The notes under the pieces are model-generated. The model had not been told where the DNA came from. It did no database searches and saw only the letters and a list, made by a program, of their open reading frames with translations. Shown here in pieces: positions 1 to 12,333 of a stretch of DNA of 64,000 nucleotides (its first letter is position 1; each line of letters begins with the position of its first letter). This stretch comes from Octopus sinensis (Eukaryota). The stretch lies in contig NC_042997.1 of the NCBI RefSeq assembly GCF_006345805.1, positions 32,984,001-33,048,000 on the forward strand, given 5' to 3'. A program made the position numbers and the translations under genes.

Positions 1-171
1 ATATATACGACGGGCTTCTTTTCAGTTTCCGTCTACCAAATCCACTCACAAGGCTTTGGTCGGCCCAAGGCTATAGTAGAAGACACTTGCCCAAGGTGCC
101 ATGCAGTGGGACTGAACCCGGAACCATGTGGTTGGTAAACAAGTTACTTACCACACAGCCACTCCTGTGCC
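1..171 (-). mobile_element. tRNA-derived SINE family A, 5' half (runs off window start)
   Basis: Reverse complement gives the head caggagtggctgtgtggtaagta...ggttccgggttcagtccc with pol III A/B-box-like motifs. Same sequence recurs more than 10 times in the window. Confidence 0.85.
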
Positions 172-331
172 TATATATATAGATGTGCACACACACACAC
201 ATATATGTACACACAGGGTGATAGTACTAAGTAGTGATGTGTATAAACTTGTTACCAGTTCAAATATGAACTCATAAGGAAGTCATTCACTGTATTTTGT
301 CATGGAGAAAATTTTTTGCTATCGACAAACA

Positions 332-433
332 GGCATAGGAGTGGCTGTGTGGTAAGTAGCTTGCTTACGAACCACATGGTTCCGGGTTCAGTCCCACTGC
401 GTGGCACCTTGTGCAAGTGTCTTCTACTATAGG
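332..433 (+). mobile_element. SINE family A head fragment
   Basis: ggagtggctgtgtggtaagtagcttgcttacgaaccacatggttccgggttcagtccc matches other family A copies. Confidence 0.8.
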
Positions 434-664
434 TGGTGGTGGTGTTGGTGGTGATGATGATGATGCTGATGCTGCTGCTGTTGTTATCATCATCATCATT
501 ATTATTCAGGTCACTGACTGGAATCAAACTCGGAATCTTGGGGTTACTAGCCCGTGCTCTTAACCACTGGGGGGTATATCAGCCGAAACATTGTGTTAAC
601 AACAAACAAGATGAGGACGAATATCCGTCAAATGTAAATTAAAATGTGTTAAGGTGTTGTTCTA

Positions 665-1101
665 TTCTTTTTACTTGTTTCAGTCATTGGACTGCAGCCA
701 TGCTGGAGCACCACTTTGAAGGGTTTTAGTCAAACTAATCGACTCCAAGATTTATTTGTTTTAAAGCCTAGTACTTACTCTATTGGTCTTTTTTGCTGAA
801 CCACTAAGTTACAGGGATGTAAACAGACCAGCACCGGTTGTCAAGTGGCGATGAGGGAACCAACACAGACACACAAATAGATATCTGTCTCCCTACCTAC
901 CTACCTAACTACCTACCTACCTACCTCCCCCCCACACACACATGAGCTTCTTTCAGTTTCCTTCTACCAAATTCACTCACAGAGCTTTGGTTGGCCTGAC
1001 GCTATAGTAGAAGATACATGACCAAGGTACCACGCAGTGGGATTGAACCCGGAACCATGTGGTTAGGAAGCAAGCTTCTTACACACAGCCACACCTGCAC
1101 C
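665..1101 (-). mobile_element. SINE family A, full length, diverged
   Basis: Tail (tttacttgtttcagtcatt), central microsatellite and head all present in minus orientation. Confidence 0.8.
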
Positions 1102-1272
1102 TATGTGCAAAATATTTGACTTGTTTGATTTTTTCAATGAATATTGAATTAACTTTGATTTTTACATAGGTAACAAATATAATTGTTTCTCAAAGATATG
1201 TTTTGAATTTATTTAGAAACAGTACGAACAAAATTTCATTTATATATGTATACTTTTTTTTTCTTTTGCCAG

Positions 1273-1503
1273 GTTGTTTGTGAACACATTTTCATGGGCA
1301 AGTATTTCTTTATTGGACTTCTTAAGAAACCACCTATGAGACTGAAAGAACAACTTAACAACATTCTTAGAAGATGTGCCTTTCCTGTAACTTATAATAA
1401 TAACTCACTTGTGAAGTACTACAAAAGAAAAGTCTATTGGGAACTCTATCGTTTGCTTCAGCGAAGTATCGGAATTGGTGTACCAATGCCAACAGATCCT
1501 TAG
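1273..1503 (+). CDS. Probable terminal coding exon of an unidentified upstream gene (76 aa, VVCEHIFMGKYF...GVPMPTDP*)
   Basis: Strong acceptor ttttttttttcttttgccag at 1272, phase 0, open to TAG at 1501-1503. Non-repetitive protein-like composition. No family recognised. Confidence 0.55.
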   Translation, partial: VVCEHIFMGKYFFIGLLKKPPMRLKEQLNNILRRCAFPVTYNNNSLVKYYKRKVYWELYRLLQRSIGIGVPMPTDP

Positions 1504-1593
1504 TAAATGAAGTCGTTAGCTAAACACTAATTTCCGAATAGCTTTATTTAATTTACATTTTATTATTAATATTATTATTATTATTATTATTAT

Positions 1594-1801
1594 GGTGGTA
1601 AGCTGTTAGCATGGCAGGCAAAATGAATGCTTAGCGGCATTTTGTCTGCCCCTACATTCTGAGTTCAAATCCTGCTGAGGTTGACTTCGCCTTTCATCCT
1701 TTCGGGGGTCAATAAAATAAGCACCAGTTACGCAACTGGGGTTGATGTAATCAACTAGCCTCTTCCCCCAAATTTCAGGCCTTGTGCCTATAATAGAAAG
1801 G

Positions 1802-1839
<38 letters not shown>

Positions 1840-2530
1840 CATTATTATTATTATTAAGGTGGTGAGCCGACAGAATTGTTAGCATGCCAGGCAAAATGCT
1901 CAGCAGCGTTTCATCTGCCTTGATGTTCTGAGTTCACTTTCTGCTGAGGTCAACTTTGCCTTTCATCCTTTCAGGGTCGATAAATTAAGTAGCAGTGACA
2001 CACTGGGGTTGATGTAATCGACCAGTACCTTTTCCACCAAATTTCAGGCCTTGTGCCTCGAGTAGAAAAGATTATTATTGTGACTATTATTATTATTATT
2101 ATTAGTATCAAGAAGGCAGCAGGCTGGTAGAATTGTTAGCACACCAGGCAGAGTGCTTAACGGTATTTCATCTGTCTTCACATTCCAAGTTCAAATTCTG
2201 CCATGGTCAGCTTTACCCTTCATCCTATCAGGGTTGATAAAATAAGTACCAGTTGAGCACTGGGTTGATATAATCAGCTTAACTCCTCTCCAAACCTTGT
2301 ACCAGAATTTAAAATAATAAGGCAGCAAGCTGGCAGAATTGTTAGCACCCTGGGAAAAATGCTTAGTGGCATTTCAGCCATCCTTACATTCTAAGTTCAA
2401 ATTCTGCTGAGGTCGACTTTGCCTTTCATCCTTTCGGGGTCGTAAAATAAGTACCAGTTGATTACTGGGGGTTGATGTAATCAACTTACCCACTCCACAA
2501 ACCTGCTGCCCTTGTGCCAAATTTTGAAAC

Positions 2531-2581
<51 letters not shown>

Positions 2582-3271
2582 CATTATTATTATTATTAAG
2601 GTGGTGAGCCGACAGAATTGTTAGCATGCCAGGCAAAATGCTCAGCAGCGTTTCATCTGCCTTGATGTTCTGAGTTCACTTTCTGCTGAGGTCAACTTTG
2701 CCTTTCATCCTTTCAGGGTCGATAAATTAAGTAGCAGTGACACACTGGGGTTGATGTAATCGACCAGTACCTTTTCCACCAAATTTCAGGCCTTGTGCCT
2801 CGAGTAGAAAAGATTATTATTGTGACTATTATTATTATTATTATTAGTATCAAGAAGGCAGCAGGCTGGTAGAATTGTTAGCACACCAGGCAGAGTGCTT
2901 AACGGTATTTCATCTGTCTTCACATTCCAAGTTCAAATTCTGCCATGGTCAGCTTTACCCTTCATCCTATCAGGGTTGATAAAATAAGTACCAGTTGAGC
3001 ACTGGGTTGATATAATCAGCTTAACTCCTCTCCAACCTTGTACCAGAATTTAAAATAATAAGGCAGCAAGCTGGCAGAATTGTTAGCACTCTGGGAAAAA
3101 TGCTTAGTGGCATTTCAGCCATCCTTACATTCTAAGTTCAAATTCTGCTGAGGTCGACTTTGCCTTTCATCCTATCGGGGTCGTAAAATAAGTACCAGTT
3201 GATTACTGGGGGTTGATGTAATCAACTTACCCACTCCACAAACCTGCTGCCCTTGTGCCAAATTTTGAAAC

Positions 3272-3319
<48 letters not shown>

Positions 3320-4021
3320 CATTATTATTATTATTAAGGTGGTGAGCCGACAGAATTGTTAGCATGCCAGGCAAAATGCTCAGCAGCGTTTCATCTGCCT
3401 TGATGTTCTGAGTTCACTTTCTGCTGAGGTCAACTTTGCCTTTCATCCTTTCAGGGTCGATAAATTAAGTAGCAGTGACACACTGGGGTTGATGTAATCG
3501 ACCAGTACCTTTTCCACCAAATTTCAGGCCTTGTGCCTCGAGTAGAAAAGATTATTATTGTGACTATTATTATTATTATTATTAGTATCAAGAAGGCAGC
3601 AGGCTGGTAGAATTGTTAGCACACCAGGCAGAGTGCTTAACGGTATTTCATCTGTCTTCACATTCCAAGTTCAAATTCTGCCATGGTCAGCTTTACCCTT
3701 CATCCTATCAGGGTTGATAAAATAAGTACCAGTTGAGCACTGGGTTGATATAATCAGCTTAACTCCTCTCCAAACCTTGTACCAGAATTTAAAATAATAA
3801 GGCAGCAAGCTGGCAGAATTGTTAGCACTCTGGGAAAAATGCTTAGTGGCATTTCAGCCATCCTTACATTCTAAGTTCAAATTCTGCTGAGGTCGACTTT
3901 GCCTTTCATCCTTTCGGGGTCGTAAAATAAGTACCAGTTGATTACTGGGGGTTGATGTAATCAACTTACCCACTCCACAAACCTGCTGCCCTTGTGCCAA
4001 ATTTTGAAACCATTATTATTA

Positions 4022-4067
<46 letters not shown>

Positions 4068-4300
4068 GTTATTATTAAGGCAGCAAACTGGCAGAACCGT
4101 GAGCATGTTGGGCAAAAGGCTTCACAGCATTTAGTCCATCTCTACGTTCTGAGTTCAAATTTCACCAAAGTCGACTTTACCTTTCATGTTGTTTTTGGGG
4201 TTGATAAATTAATTATCAGTGAAACACTGGGGTCGATGTAATTGACTACTAGTCCTGTCCCTCAAAATTTCAGGCCTTTTGCCTTTATTAGAAAGGATTA
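1594..4300 (+). repeat. Head-to-tail array of 11 SINE family B copies separated by (ATT)n, including a ~740-bp three-SINE unit triplicated (1856-2597, 2598-3335, 3336-4077)
   Basis: Unit start aaggtggtgagccgacag at 1856, 2598 and 3336. Each SINE has tggcagaat (A-box-like) and gagttcaaatt (B-box-like) motifs. Confidence 0.9.
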
Positions 4301-4646
4301 TTATCATTATTATTATTATTATCATTATTATTATTATTATTATATTTTCTTTACAGTGTCTCACTATTTTATTCTAACTTTGGAAGTCTGCACATGAGTA
4401 ATTATTTATATGATTGACTACCCGACTACCTTTCTTATCACTAACCACTCTTTAAATTAGTAGTGATGTGCTGTAGGGCTATGTCAAACAGAGTTATGTA
4501 CCTTAGTAATCTATTAAGTATATGTAAACATACTTAGTCTTTGAAAATAGTGTTGGGTTAAAGTCGTAAAGCTCAAGCTGATATGTACACGATACCAGGA
4601 AGGGAATATCTTTCTAGACTCTTATCAGGTTTATTATACACAAATC

Positions 4647-5070
4647 GGATCTTTTCGGTTTGAACGGCAGTTTTTTCTAGCGGTGTCATATGAAATTGTC
4701 ACCAATAATTATGACCCTAGTATCGATCTATTGCATTTCAATATGTTTTAGGGTTACAGTTAGGGGTGGGGGAAGGGTACCTTTTTTTCTTCAGAAATGT
4801 AAATAAACCCAATCTGTTTCTTAAACGAGGGACATATTCATACGGCACAGAATGTTTTCACCTCAATAGACGTCATTGATTGGTTGAAATTGCAGAAATT
4901 GAAGAAAAAAAACAACAAATATCTTACAATCTTACAAACTATAGAATTTTCTCAATAAAGCCAAGAGAAAAAGATGTTTTATAAACACATTCTACCAGTA
5001 TACGAAGTTTAAAAGTGTTTAGTTATGTGGAAATTATTTTAAAAAACTGCCGGTCAAACCGAAAAGATCC
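4647..5070. mobile_element. Unclassified MITE with ~30-bp TIRs
   Basis: ggatcttttcggtttgaacggcagtttttt ... aaaaaactgccggtcaaaccgaaaagatcc. Flanks caaatc / taaatc. Confidence 0.8.
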
Positions 5071-5554
5071 TAAATCTGTCCATATTAGCACATTTCCATT
5101 AGTTCTTCCAATCTACATTATACATTAATTAATGAATCACTTCTCTGATATCATCCACAAAACCTTGGGAGTTGTGGGAATTGCCTAGGACTTGGCAGGC
5201 TGAGTTAGTATTATGTGGCTTCTACTAAAGGCCCAGTATATTTGGCTGCAAATAAAGTTAATATTGTTATGAAGGAGAGAATAAAGTTCTCACTAGTGTG
5301 ACAATAAGCTGTTCAATATTATAGTTTGGCAGGTAATCATGGGCAGCAAATGGAAGAATTAATCTGATAAATATAATTTAAAATGATACTATTTGAAATA
5401 CTATGATCTAGTTCTACCCTCATGCTTTCCGAAATCCGCCGAAACTACACAAATATACACATGTTCTTTGGGTTATTTCTTTATATTTGAAAGGAAGAAC
5501 ATTATCTGAATTTAATCAAACATGATTGTATTTATATCTCTAATTATTATCATT

Positions 5555-5770
5555 AAGGTGGCAAGCTGACAGAATCATTAGCACACTGGGCAAAATGCTT
5601 AGTGACAGTTCATCTATTGTTATGTTCTGAGTTCAAATTCCACTGAGGTCGATTTTGCCTTTCATCCTTCTGGGGTTAATAAAAACAAGTATCAGTTGAG
5701 CACTGGGGTCGATGTAATTGACTTATCCCTCCTCCAAAATTACTGGCCTTGTTTCAAAATTTTGAACCAT
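5555..5770 (+). mobile_element. SINE family B, (ATT)n-tailed variant
   Basis: Same head and core as the array copies. Confidence 0.8.
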
Positions 5771-5940
5771 TATTATTACTATTACTATTATTATTACTAT
5801 TATTATTACTGATTATTATTACTATTACCATTATTATTACTGATAGAATCTTTAGCACACTGGACAAAAATCACTGAGCAGCTTTTCATCCATCTTTACA
5901 TCCTGTGTTCAAATTCTGTTAAGGTCAACTTTGCCTTTAA

Positions 5941-6158
5941 CCCTTTTGTTACCGTACTTATTTTGAGATGCAGTGTTTCTTCAATTATTTTAAATATAAC
6001 AAAGAATTTAGTAAAATAACTTAATTATCATTCACCTAGTGTTAGGAACATAAATTGTGACAAAGGTTTGGTGGAAGATTTTAATTCAAAACTTACGAAA
6101 ACAAGACATTTGTACTACAGAGCTAGAGGTAGTTTCAGCCAGGTTGGTATCAAAAGGG
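5941..6158. mobile_element. piggyBac-like MITE family 1 inserted into a SINE B copy
   Basis: TTAA at 5937-40 and 6159-62. TIRs cccttttgttac / gtatcaaaaggg. SINE B sequence continues on both sides. Confidence 0.85.
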
Positions 6159-7060
6159 TTAATCCTTTTAGGGTTGAATTGACTTACCCCTTCCCTCAAA
6201 ATTTTAGGCCTCATGTTTGTCATAGACAGTATTATTATTACTATTAAGGCAGCAAGCTGGTAGAATTGTTAACACACCTGACAAAATTCTTAGTGGCATT
6301 TCATCTGTGAAAATGGACTGATAGAATAAGTACCAGACTTTACAAAAATTAGTACTGGGGTCGATAATTTTGACTAAAATACTTCTAGGCAGTGCCCCAG
6401 CATGGCCACAGTTTAATGATTGAAACAAGTAAAAGATATTAATGATTATAGCAGGAAAGTGAAGCTTACAGATATCTTAAAAATCATGGCCTGGGATGGA
6501 TCTAAAGAAATTCTTGGTCACATGCTTCCATGACCTTGTATTGTAATACAAACTAGTCTTTATGGCAAAACTAAGTATGTTTACATATACATCATAAGCT
6601 CTGTTGTATAAAGTTTAATTGATTGAACTTTAGAGTATAACCAATGGTTATCATTTCAGGAGAAATGTAGAATTCAGTGATCTGAAACACATTTTATCAT
6701 ATCATATATGGTTTCTTTTGAAATTTCTAATACATTTGAATTTCTAATAAATTATGCATTTATATTTATACGTTTGTGCATATACGTGTGTGTGTGTGTA
6801 AAAGATTTCTTTTAAAATTATCTATGAAACACTTTAAAACCTCCCAAATTGATTTAATTCTAAGGGTAAATATGAAGAAGAGTTTCATGTAAGTATTTTT
6901 GATTGATTGGTTCCTCAGATATTTGTCTGAAGAGCTAACCTCATATGAAAGTGCTTACACAAAAGTGTTCTACATATCTTGTTTTTGAGATTGATTTTTA
7001 GATAATTTTAAATTTTCATGTGATTTTCAAATATTGTACTTGTACCAAGATCTCATATAT

Positions 7061-7091
<31 letters not shown>

Positions 7092-7684
7092 GTGTGTATG
7101 TATATGAGTGTGTGTGTATATATATATATGTATGTATGTACAAACCTGTGTATGTTTGTGTATCTTATTTATTAATGACTGGATTTCCATTCAAATTGTA
7201 AAGTGTCCTGTTTTCTATGTAAATAAATAAAAATATCATGAACGTTGATTTAAAAGAAAAGAAGTTCAGTATTTAATATTTACACAAAACAGCTTTGTTG
7301 TCTTCTTTTTTATTTTTATGTTAAGCCTTAAATTTATTCATATATCCGTCATTGTCCGAGAATGTGTGCACTCATGTGCATGTTTGTGTTGGGAGATTGT
7401 GTATGCAGAATAGCTCATTACATAGTACATAAGTTGAATAAAAAAAATTGAATAAAATACATGTGAAAATATGTACAAACCATTTATTAAAGCAGATATA
7501 AGCTCTTAAATTTTTTAAAATATTTTTTCATTTTATGCCATTTTTCAAGTTAAGTTGCATATCTTGGAATCCATTACCAATGTAAATGTTCTTTATTTCC
7601 TGTTTAGTTATAAAACTGTGTTGCTCAAGACAATTACTAACCATGTTTTCAACAAAAAAAAGTTGATTTGTTTGACTAAAACTC

Positions 7685-8340
7685 TTTCACTGTCAGCAGT
7701 GATTTGCGTTGGACAAAGCATATCTCTAAAATTGTCAAGAAGGCCGAGGGTGTCTTGGCATCACTCAGCAAGACTTTTGTTAGCCACTCTCCAGCCATCT
7801 ATTTAAAACTGTATACAGCTATGGTACGACCACACTTGGAATTCGCATCATCAGTTTGGAACCCCTATCTTGCTCAGAACATTGACCTCCTGGAATCTGT
7901 TCAGAGACGTGCAACCAAACGCATACCCTCCATCAGACACCTACCATATTCTGAGCGACTTGTTTCCCTGGGCATAGATTCACTGAAGCTCCGGCGTCTG
8001 GCGACGGACTTGGTAAACGCCCACAAAGTTGTCAACCACCTCACCAATAACAACACTGAACACCTTTTTGATCTCCATGTGTCTAACACACGTGGACATG
8101 CCTACAAAGTCAGAAAACAACAAAGCTCCCATGACTTTCGGAAACATTTTTTCACACTCAGAGTTGCTGAAGCATGGAATAAACTGCCTGCGTCAGTTGT
8201 TGACTGCCATGACACTGCATCCTTTAAGGCCCTCATGCTTTCCGAAATCCGTCGAAACTACACCTGATTATATATACACTTTCGATGAGTTGTAGTGCAC
8301 CTGAGCACTGTACACAATGTTTATTATTATTATTATTATT
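7685..8340 (+). mobile_element. 5'-truncated CR1-clade LINE (RT C-terminus, short 3' UTR, (ATT)n tail)
   Basis: ORF 7704-8267 has LYTAMVRPHLEFASSVWNPY, LESVQRRATK, LKLRRLATDL, TRGH and FFTLRVAEAWNKLP, which are typical CR1 RT C-terminal motifs. Confidence 0.92.
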
Positions 8341-8420
8341 AAGATGGTGCTCAGCATGGCCACATGAAACACAAAAAAGATGAAAGATAGGTGCAGTTGT
8401 GGCTGTGTTGTAAAAAATTT

Positions 8421-8810
8421 GCAGGAGTGGCTGTGTGGTAAGTAGCTTGCTTACGAACCACATGGTTCCGGGTTCAGTCCTATTGTGTGGCACCTTGGGC
8501 AAGTGTCTTCTACTATAGCCTCGGGCTGACCAAAGCCTTGTGAGTGGATTTGGTAGACGGAAACTGAAAGAAGCCTGTCGTATATATGTATATATATATG
8601 TGTGTGTGTTTGTGTGTCTGTGTTTGAACCCCCAACATCGCTCGACAACCGATGCTGGTGTGTTTACGTCCCTGTAATGTAGCGGTTCGGCAAAAGAGAC
8701 CAATAGAATAAGTACTAGGCTTACAAAGAATAAGTCCTGGGGTAGATTTGCTCGACTAAAGGTGGTGCTCCAGTATGGCCACAGTCAAATGACTGAAACA
8801 AGTAAAAGAG
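8421..8810 (+). mobile_element. SINE family A, full length
   Basis: Head, (TA/TG)n core, tail ending gaaacaagtaaaagag. A second diverged copy follows at ~8815-9100. Confidence 0.88.
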
Positions 8811-9110
8811 TATCCCAACCACATGGTTCAAGGTTCAGTCCCACTGCATGGCACCTTGGGTGAGTGCCTTCTATAGCCTTGGGCCACTGCAGAGCCTTCC
8901 TGTGTGTCTGTTTTGTCCCCACCCTCAACCCCACTGACAACTGGTGTTGGTGTGGTTACATCCCTGTTTGGCAAAAGGAACTGATTGAATAAGTACCATG
9001 CTTTAAAATCATAAGTCCTGGGATCAATTCATTCCATCAAAATTCTTCAAGGTGGTGCTTCAGTATGGCTGCAGTCTAATGATTGAAACAAGAAAGAGAA
9101 TAAAAGTATA

Positions 9111-9343
9111 TATTTCTTTATTGCCCACAAGGGGCTAAACACAGAGAGGACAAATAAGGACAGACAAACAGATTAAGTCGATTACATCGACCCCAGTGCA
9201 TTACTGGTACTTAATTTATCGACCCCGAAAGGATGAAAGGCAAAGTCGACCTCAGCGGAATTTGAACTCAGAACGTAATGGCAGATGAAATATGGCTACG
9301 CATTTCGCCCGGTGTGCTAACGATTCTGCCAGCTCGCTGCCTT
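9111..9343 (-). mobile_element. Young SINE family B (gtgggcaataaagaaat-tailed variant)
   Basis: 17-bp TSD aagagaataaaagtata at 9094-9110 and 9344-9360. CpGs largely retained. Confidence 0.92.
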
Positions 9344-9362
9344 AAGAGAATAAAAGTATAGT

Positions 9363-9870
9363 TTTCAAGATGCTGCTCCTGGAGGAACAGGAAAAACCTT
9401 TTAAATGAACCTATTAGCTGCTAAAGTAAGAAAACAGGAAAATTTCAGTGGTAGTTACATCTTTAGGTATTTGTTACCATGTTACTACATACTACATGAA
9501 AGCAAAACAGGTCATAGTGCATTCACGCTGTCATTGAACCTCAGCAGTGATGATGTGGTGAAGTATAATGCTAACAAAGGAACAGGAGCAGCGGAAGAGC
9601 TAAGATAATGCTGGATAATAATTTGGATTGAGTGCCCTGTGCTTCACAAAGTCAATTTTGAGGTTTTCACCAACAAATGCTCCTTTTGCTGGAGTAACTG
9701 TAGTCTTAGCTGGTGACCTTCATTAAATATTCTTGTGGTTCTAAAGAGAAGTGTTGATCAAAACAATAGCTGCATACCACCACACTTGAGGCAACAAACA
9801 TGAAAGGTAACAATAACAAAGATCAACTCTTTACTGCTTTTAAAACTTGAAGAAAGGGTTGTACCAAATC
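9363..9870 (+). pseudogene. Decayed Helitron Rep/Hel PIF1-type helicase fragment
   Basis: Translates as FQDAAPGGTGKTF* (Walker A), CWIIIWIECP (Walker B position), FAGVTVVLAGDL and TNMK...LLKL, with stops and frameshifts. Confidence 0.75.
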
Positions 9871-9914
9871 AAACATTAGTTCTTTGACATCATCATCTCG
9901 GCTTGTATTCAAAC

Positions 9915-10187
9915 AGGCGCAGGAGAGGCTGTGTGGTAAGTAGCTTGTGTGGTAAGTAGTGGTTCAGTCCCACTGCGTGGCATCTTGGGCAAGTGTCTTC
10001 TGCTATAGCCTCGGGCCGACCAAAGCCTTGTTGGTGTGTTTACGTCCCCGTCACTTAGTGGTTCGGCAAAAGAGACCGATAGAATAAGTACTGGGCTTAC
10101 AAAGAATAAGTCCTGGGGTCGATTTGCTCGACTAAAGGCGGTGCTCCAGCATGGTCGCAGTCAAATGACTGTAACAAGTAAAAGAGA
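9915..10187 (+). mobile_element. SINE family A with internal deletion of the microsatellite core
   Basis: caaagccttg joined directly to ttggtgtgtttacg. Confidence 0.85.
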
Positions 10188-10569
10188 AAGTAAACCTTTT
10201 AGGTTACATACACACACACACACGAACCTCAGGGTTGGCTGTGGTTAAGATGTCTTCCCTTGTTCGGGCACCAGATGATGGTTGTAAATAATGTCACTGT
10301 TGTTTACATTCTTCTTTGAAAACATGTCCAGCTGCTGAGAAAATATTAGTTTGTTTGGAGACAAGTGATGGTTGGCAACCAAGTTTAGTTAAGGAAAATT
10401 CAGCTTCAATGAATTCTGTCTCAGCCATGCAAGCATGGGTAATGGACATTAAAGCATTCATTTATCAACTGCAGCACAACGAATTGTTAATTAGCTTGGT
10501 CCTTTGTCATCTCCAGCATTAAATAAAGCATTTTCATATCAGTTTTCATTACTTCCTTCCAATCTTTTC

Positions 10570-10800
10570 TAAGTCTCACTCTTCCACAACTTCCATTTCT
10601 TTATACAGCTGTCATCTTCCATACGTACCACATGCCCATAACAAAGCAATCGTCTTTCTTGCACATTACATCTGATTCCTCTCAGCTCATCAATTATTAG
10701 CTGTTTATATACATACTGAAGTTACACATCCCGAGAAGCATACCTGCATCAATTTTTCTCCCTAGTCTCTTCAAACTATTAGCTTTGAAGGAACATAATG
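10570..10800 (-). mobile_element. Decayed RTE-clade LINE RT C-terminal fragment
   Basis: Reverse translation GIRCNVQERRLLCYGHVVRMEDDSCIKK resembles the RTE at 48084. Confidence 0.65.
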
Positions 10801-10921
10801 CAAACGGAACAAGGGAGATAACTTCCTAGTCCTATTCTACTGGCTAGTCTTTTTCACACTACTTTGACTACCTGGATAATTTTCCAAACATCAGTATACA
10901 TACGTACATACATATATTATA

Positions 10922-11314
10922 CTAGCAGTATCGCCCGGCGTTGCTCGGGTTTGTAAGGGAAATAACTATATAAGCATTTTTAGAGAGTTATAGCCAAAAA
11001 TAGCAAAAAAATGCATTAAAAATGGAAAAAAATGATGGTAAATTTTTTTTAAATCGTTGACTCATCAGACATTTTTAGAGAGTTACTTCCCTTATATAAT
11101 AGCGAAAAAATGCATTAAAATGGAAAAAAATGATGGTAATTTTTTTTTTAAATCGTAGACTCATCGTAGAGGCGCTCTAATACCCAGAAGGGCTCGATAT
11201 GAATCACGACTATAAGATACCCGGTTTTGGTTAAACTGCACCGCAAAATGTGGGAGTAGTTAGGAATCTAAATCATAGGAGACAGACACACAACTTCACT
11301 TTTATATATAAAGA
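10922..11314 (-). mobile_element. Non-autonomous Helitron, copy 1
   Basis: Minus strand starts TC and ends CTAG preceded by hairpin cccg-agcaacgc-cggg. Inserted between A and T, no TSD. Internal ~105-bp duplication. Confidence 0.85.
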
Positions 11315-11805
11315 TATGTGTGTGTGTGTTAAACGCATATATCATCATCATTATTTAAGGTTTTTTTTTACCCAGCTGCCATGGGTTAGACAGTTTAACA
11401 GGATCCAGCAAGCTTCAGGAATACACTGAGTTCCAGTGCCAGCTTTGGCTAGGTTTCTACAGTTGGATGCCCTTCTCAATGCCAACCACTTTACAGTGTA
11501 CAGTAGCTGCTTTTTTCATTCCACCAACACTAGTGACACCACCAAGTAACTTGCAAGACAGAAAAGAACAGGAAAAAGCTCCCGTAACTAAGTGGAAAGG
11601 GTATTTGAGAGTGGGAAGTGGGTTTATTCTAGGTTTTGAGAGGCTAAAGTATGATGCAGGGACAAGCACTGGTGTCTTGTTATAGAGGAGCTCTATGACT
11701 ACTCCACATCGTATAAGAGTGGGTGGTAGTACTTGGGAAGCAGATAAAAATGGTAGTGATGGGGTGCCACAGCAAACTCTCAAGGTACAAGGTGAAAATA
11801 TATAT

Positions 11806-12170
11806 ATCATCATCATCATCGTTTAGCATCTGCTTTCCTTGCTAGCATGGGTTGGACGGTTCAACTGGGATCTGGGAAGCCAGAAGGCTGCACCAGGCTC
11901 CGGTCTTATCTGGCAATGTTTTTATGGCTGGATGCCCTTCCTAACGCCAACCACTCTGTGAGTGTAGTGGGTGCTTTTTACGTGTCACTGGCACAGGTAC
12001 CAGATGAGGCTGGCAATGGCCACAATCGGATGGTGCTTTTTACGTGCCACCGGCATGGAGGCCAGTCGGGGTGGCGCTGGCAATGGCCACATTTGGATGG
12101 TTCTCTTACGTGCCACCGGCACTGGTATCACAGCTACAATTTCCATTGATGTTGATCGATTTCGATTTTG
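11806..12170 (-). mobile_element. RTE LINE 3' UTR fragment with (GAT)n tail
   Basis: Matches the sequence downstream of the RTE ORF at 48084. A diverged copy lies at ~11340-11560. Confidence 0.85.
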
Positions 12171-12174
12171 ATTT

Positions 12175-12244
12175 ATATATATATACACATATATACACAT
12201 ATATATATATACATACATATATATATATATACATACATACATAT

Positions 12245-12330
<86 letters not shown>
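12175..12330. repeat. (TA)n/(TACA)n microsatellite
   Basis: Direct inspection. Confidence 0.95.

Positions 12331-12333
<3 letters not shown>

Noticed and set aside
1594-4300. CRISPR-like repeat-spacer appearance
   Set aside because: Units are ~210-bp SINEs separated by (ATT)n, with no unique spacers or cas genes, in a eukaryotic context.
4748-4766. Interstitial telomere
   Set aside because: Only two imperfect TTAGGG units, internal to a MITE.
8233-8703. Recurring ORFs such as ...GTEPGTMWFVSKLLTTQPLL (also 300, 35009, 35798, 50377, 56817)
   Set aside because: Antisense translations of SINE family A, which is non-coding.
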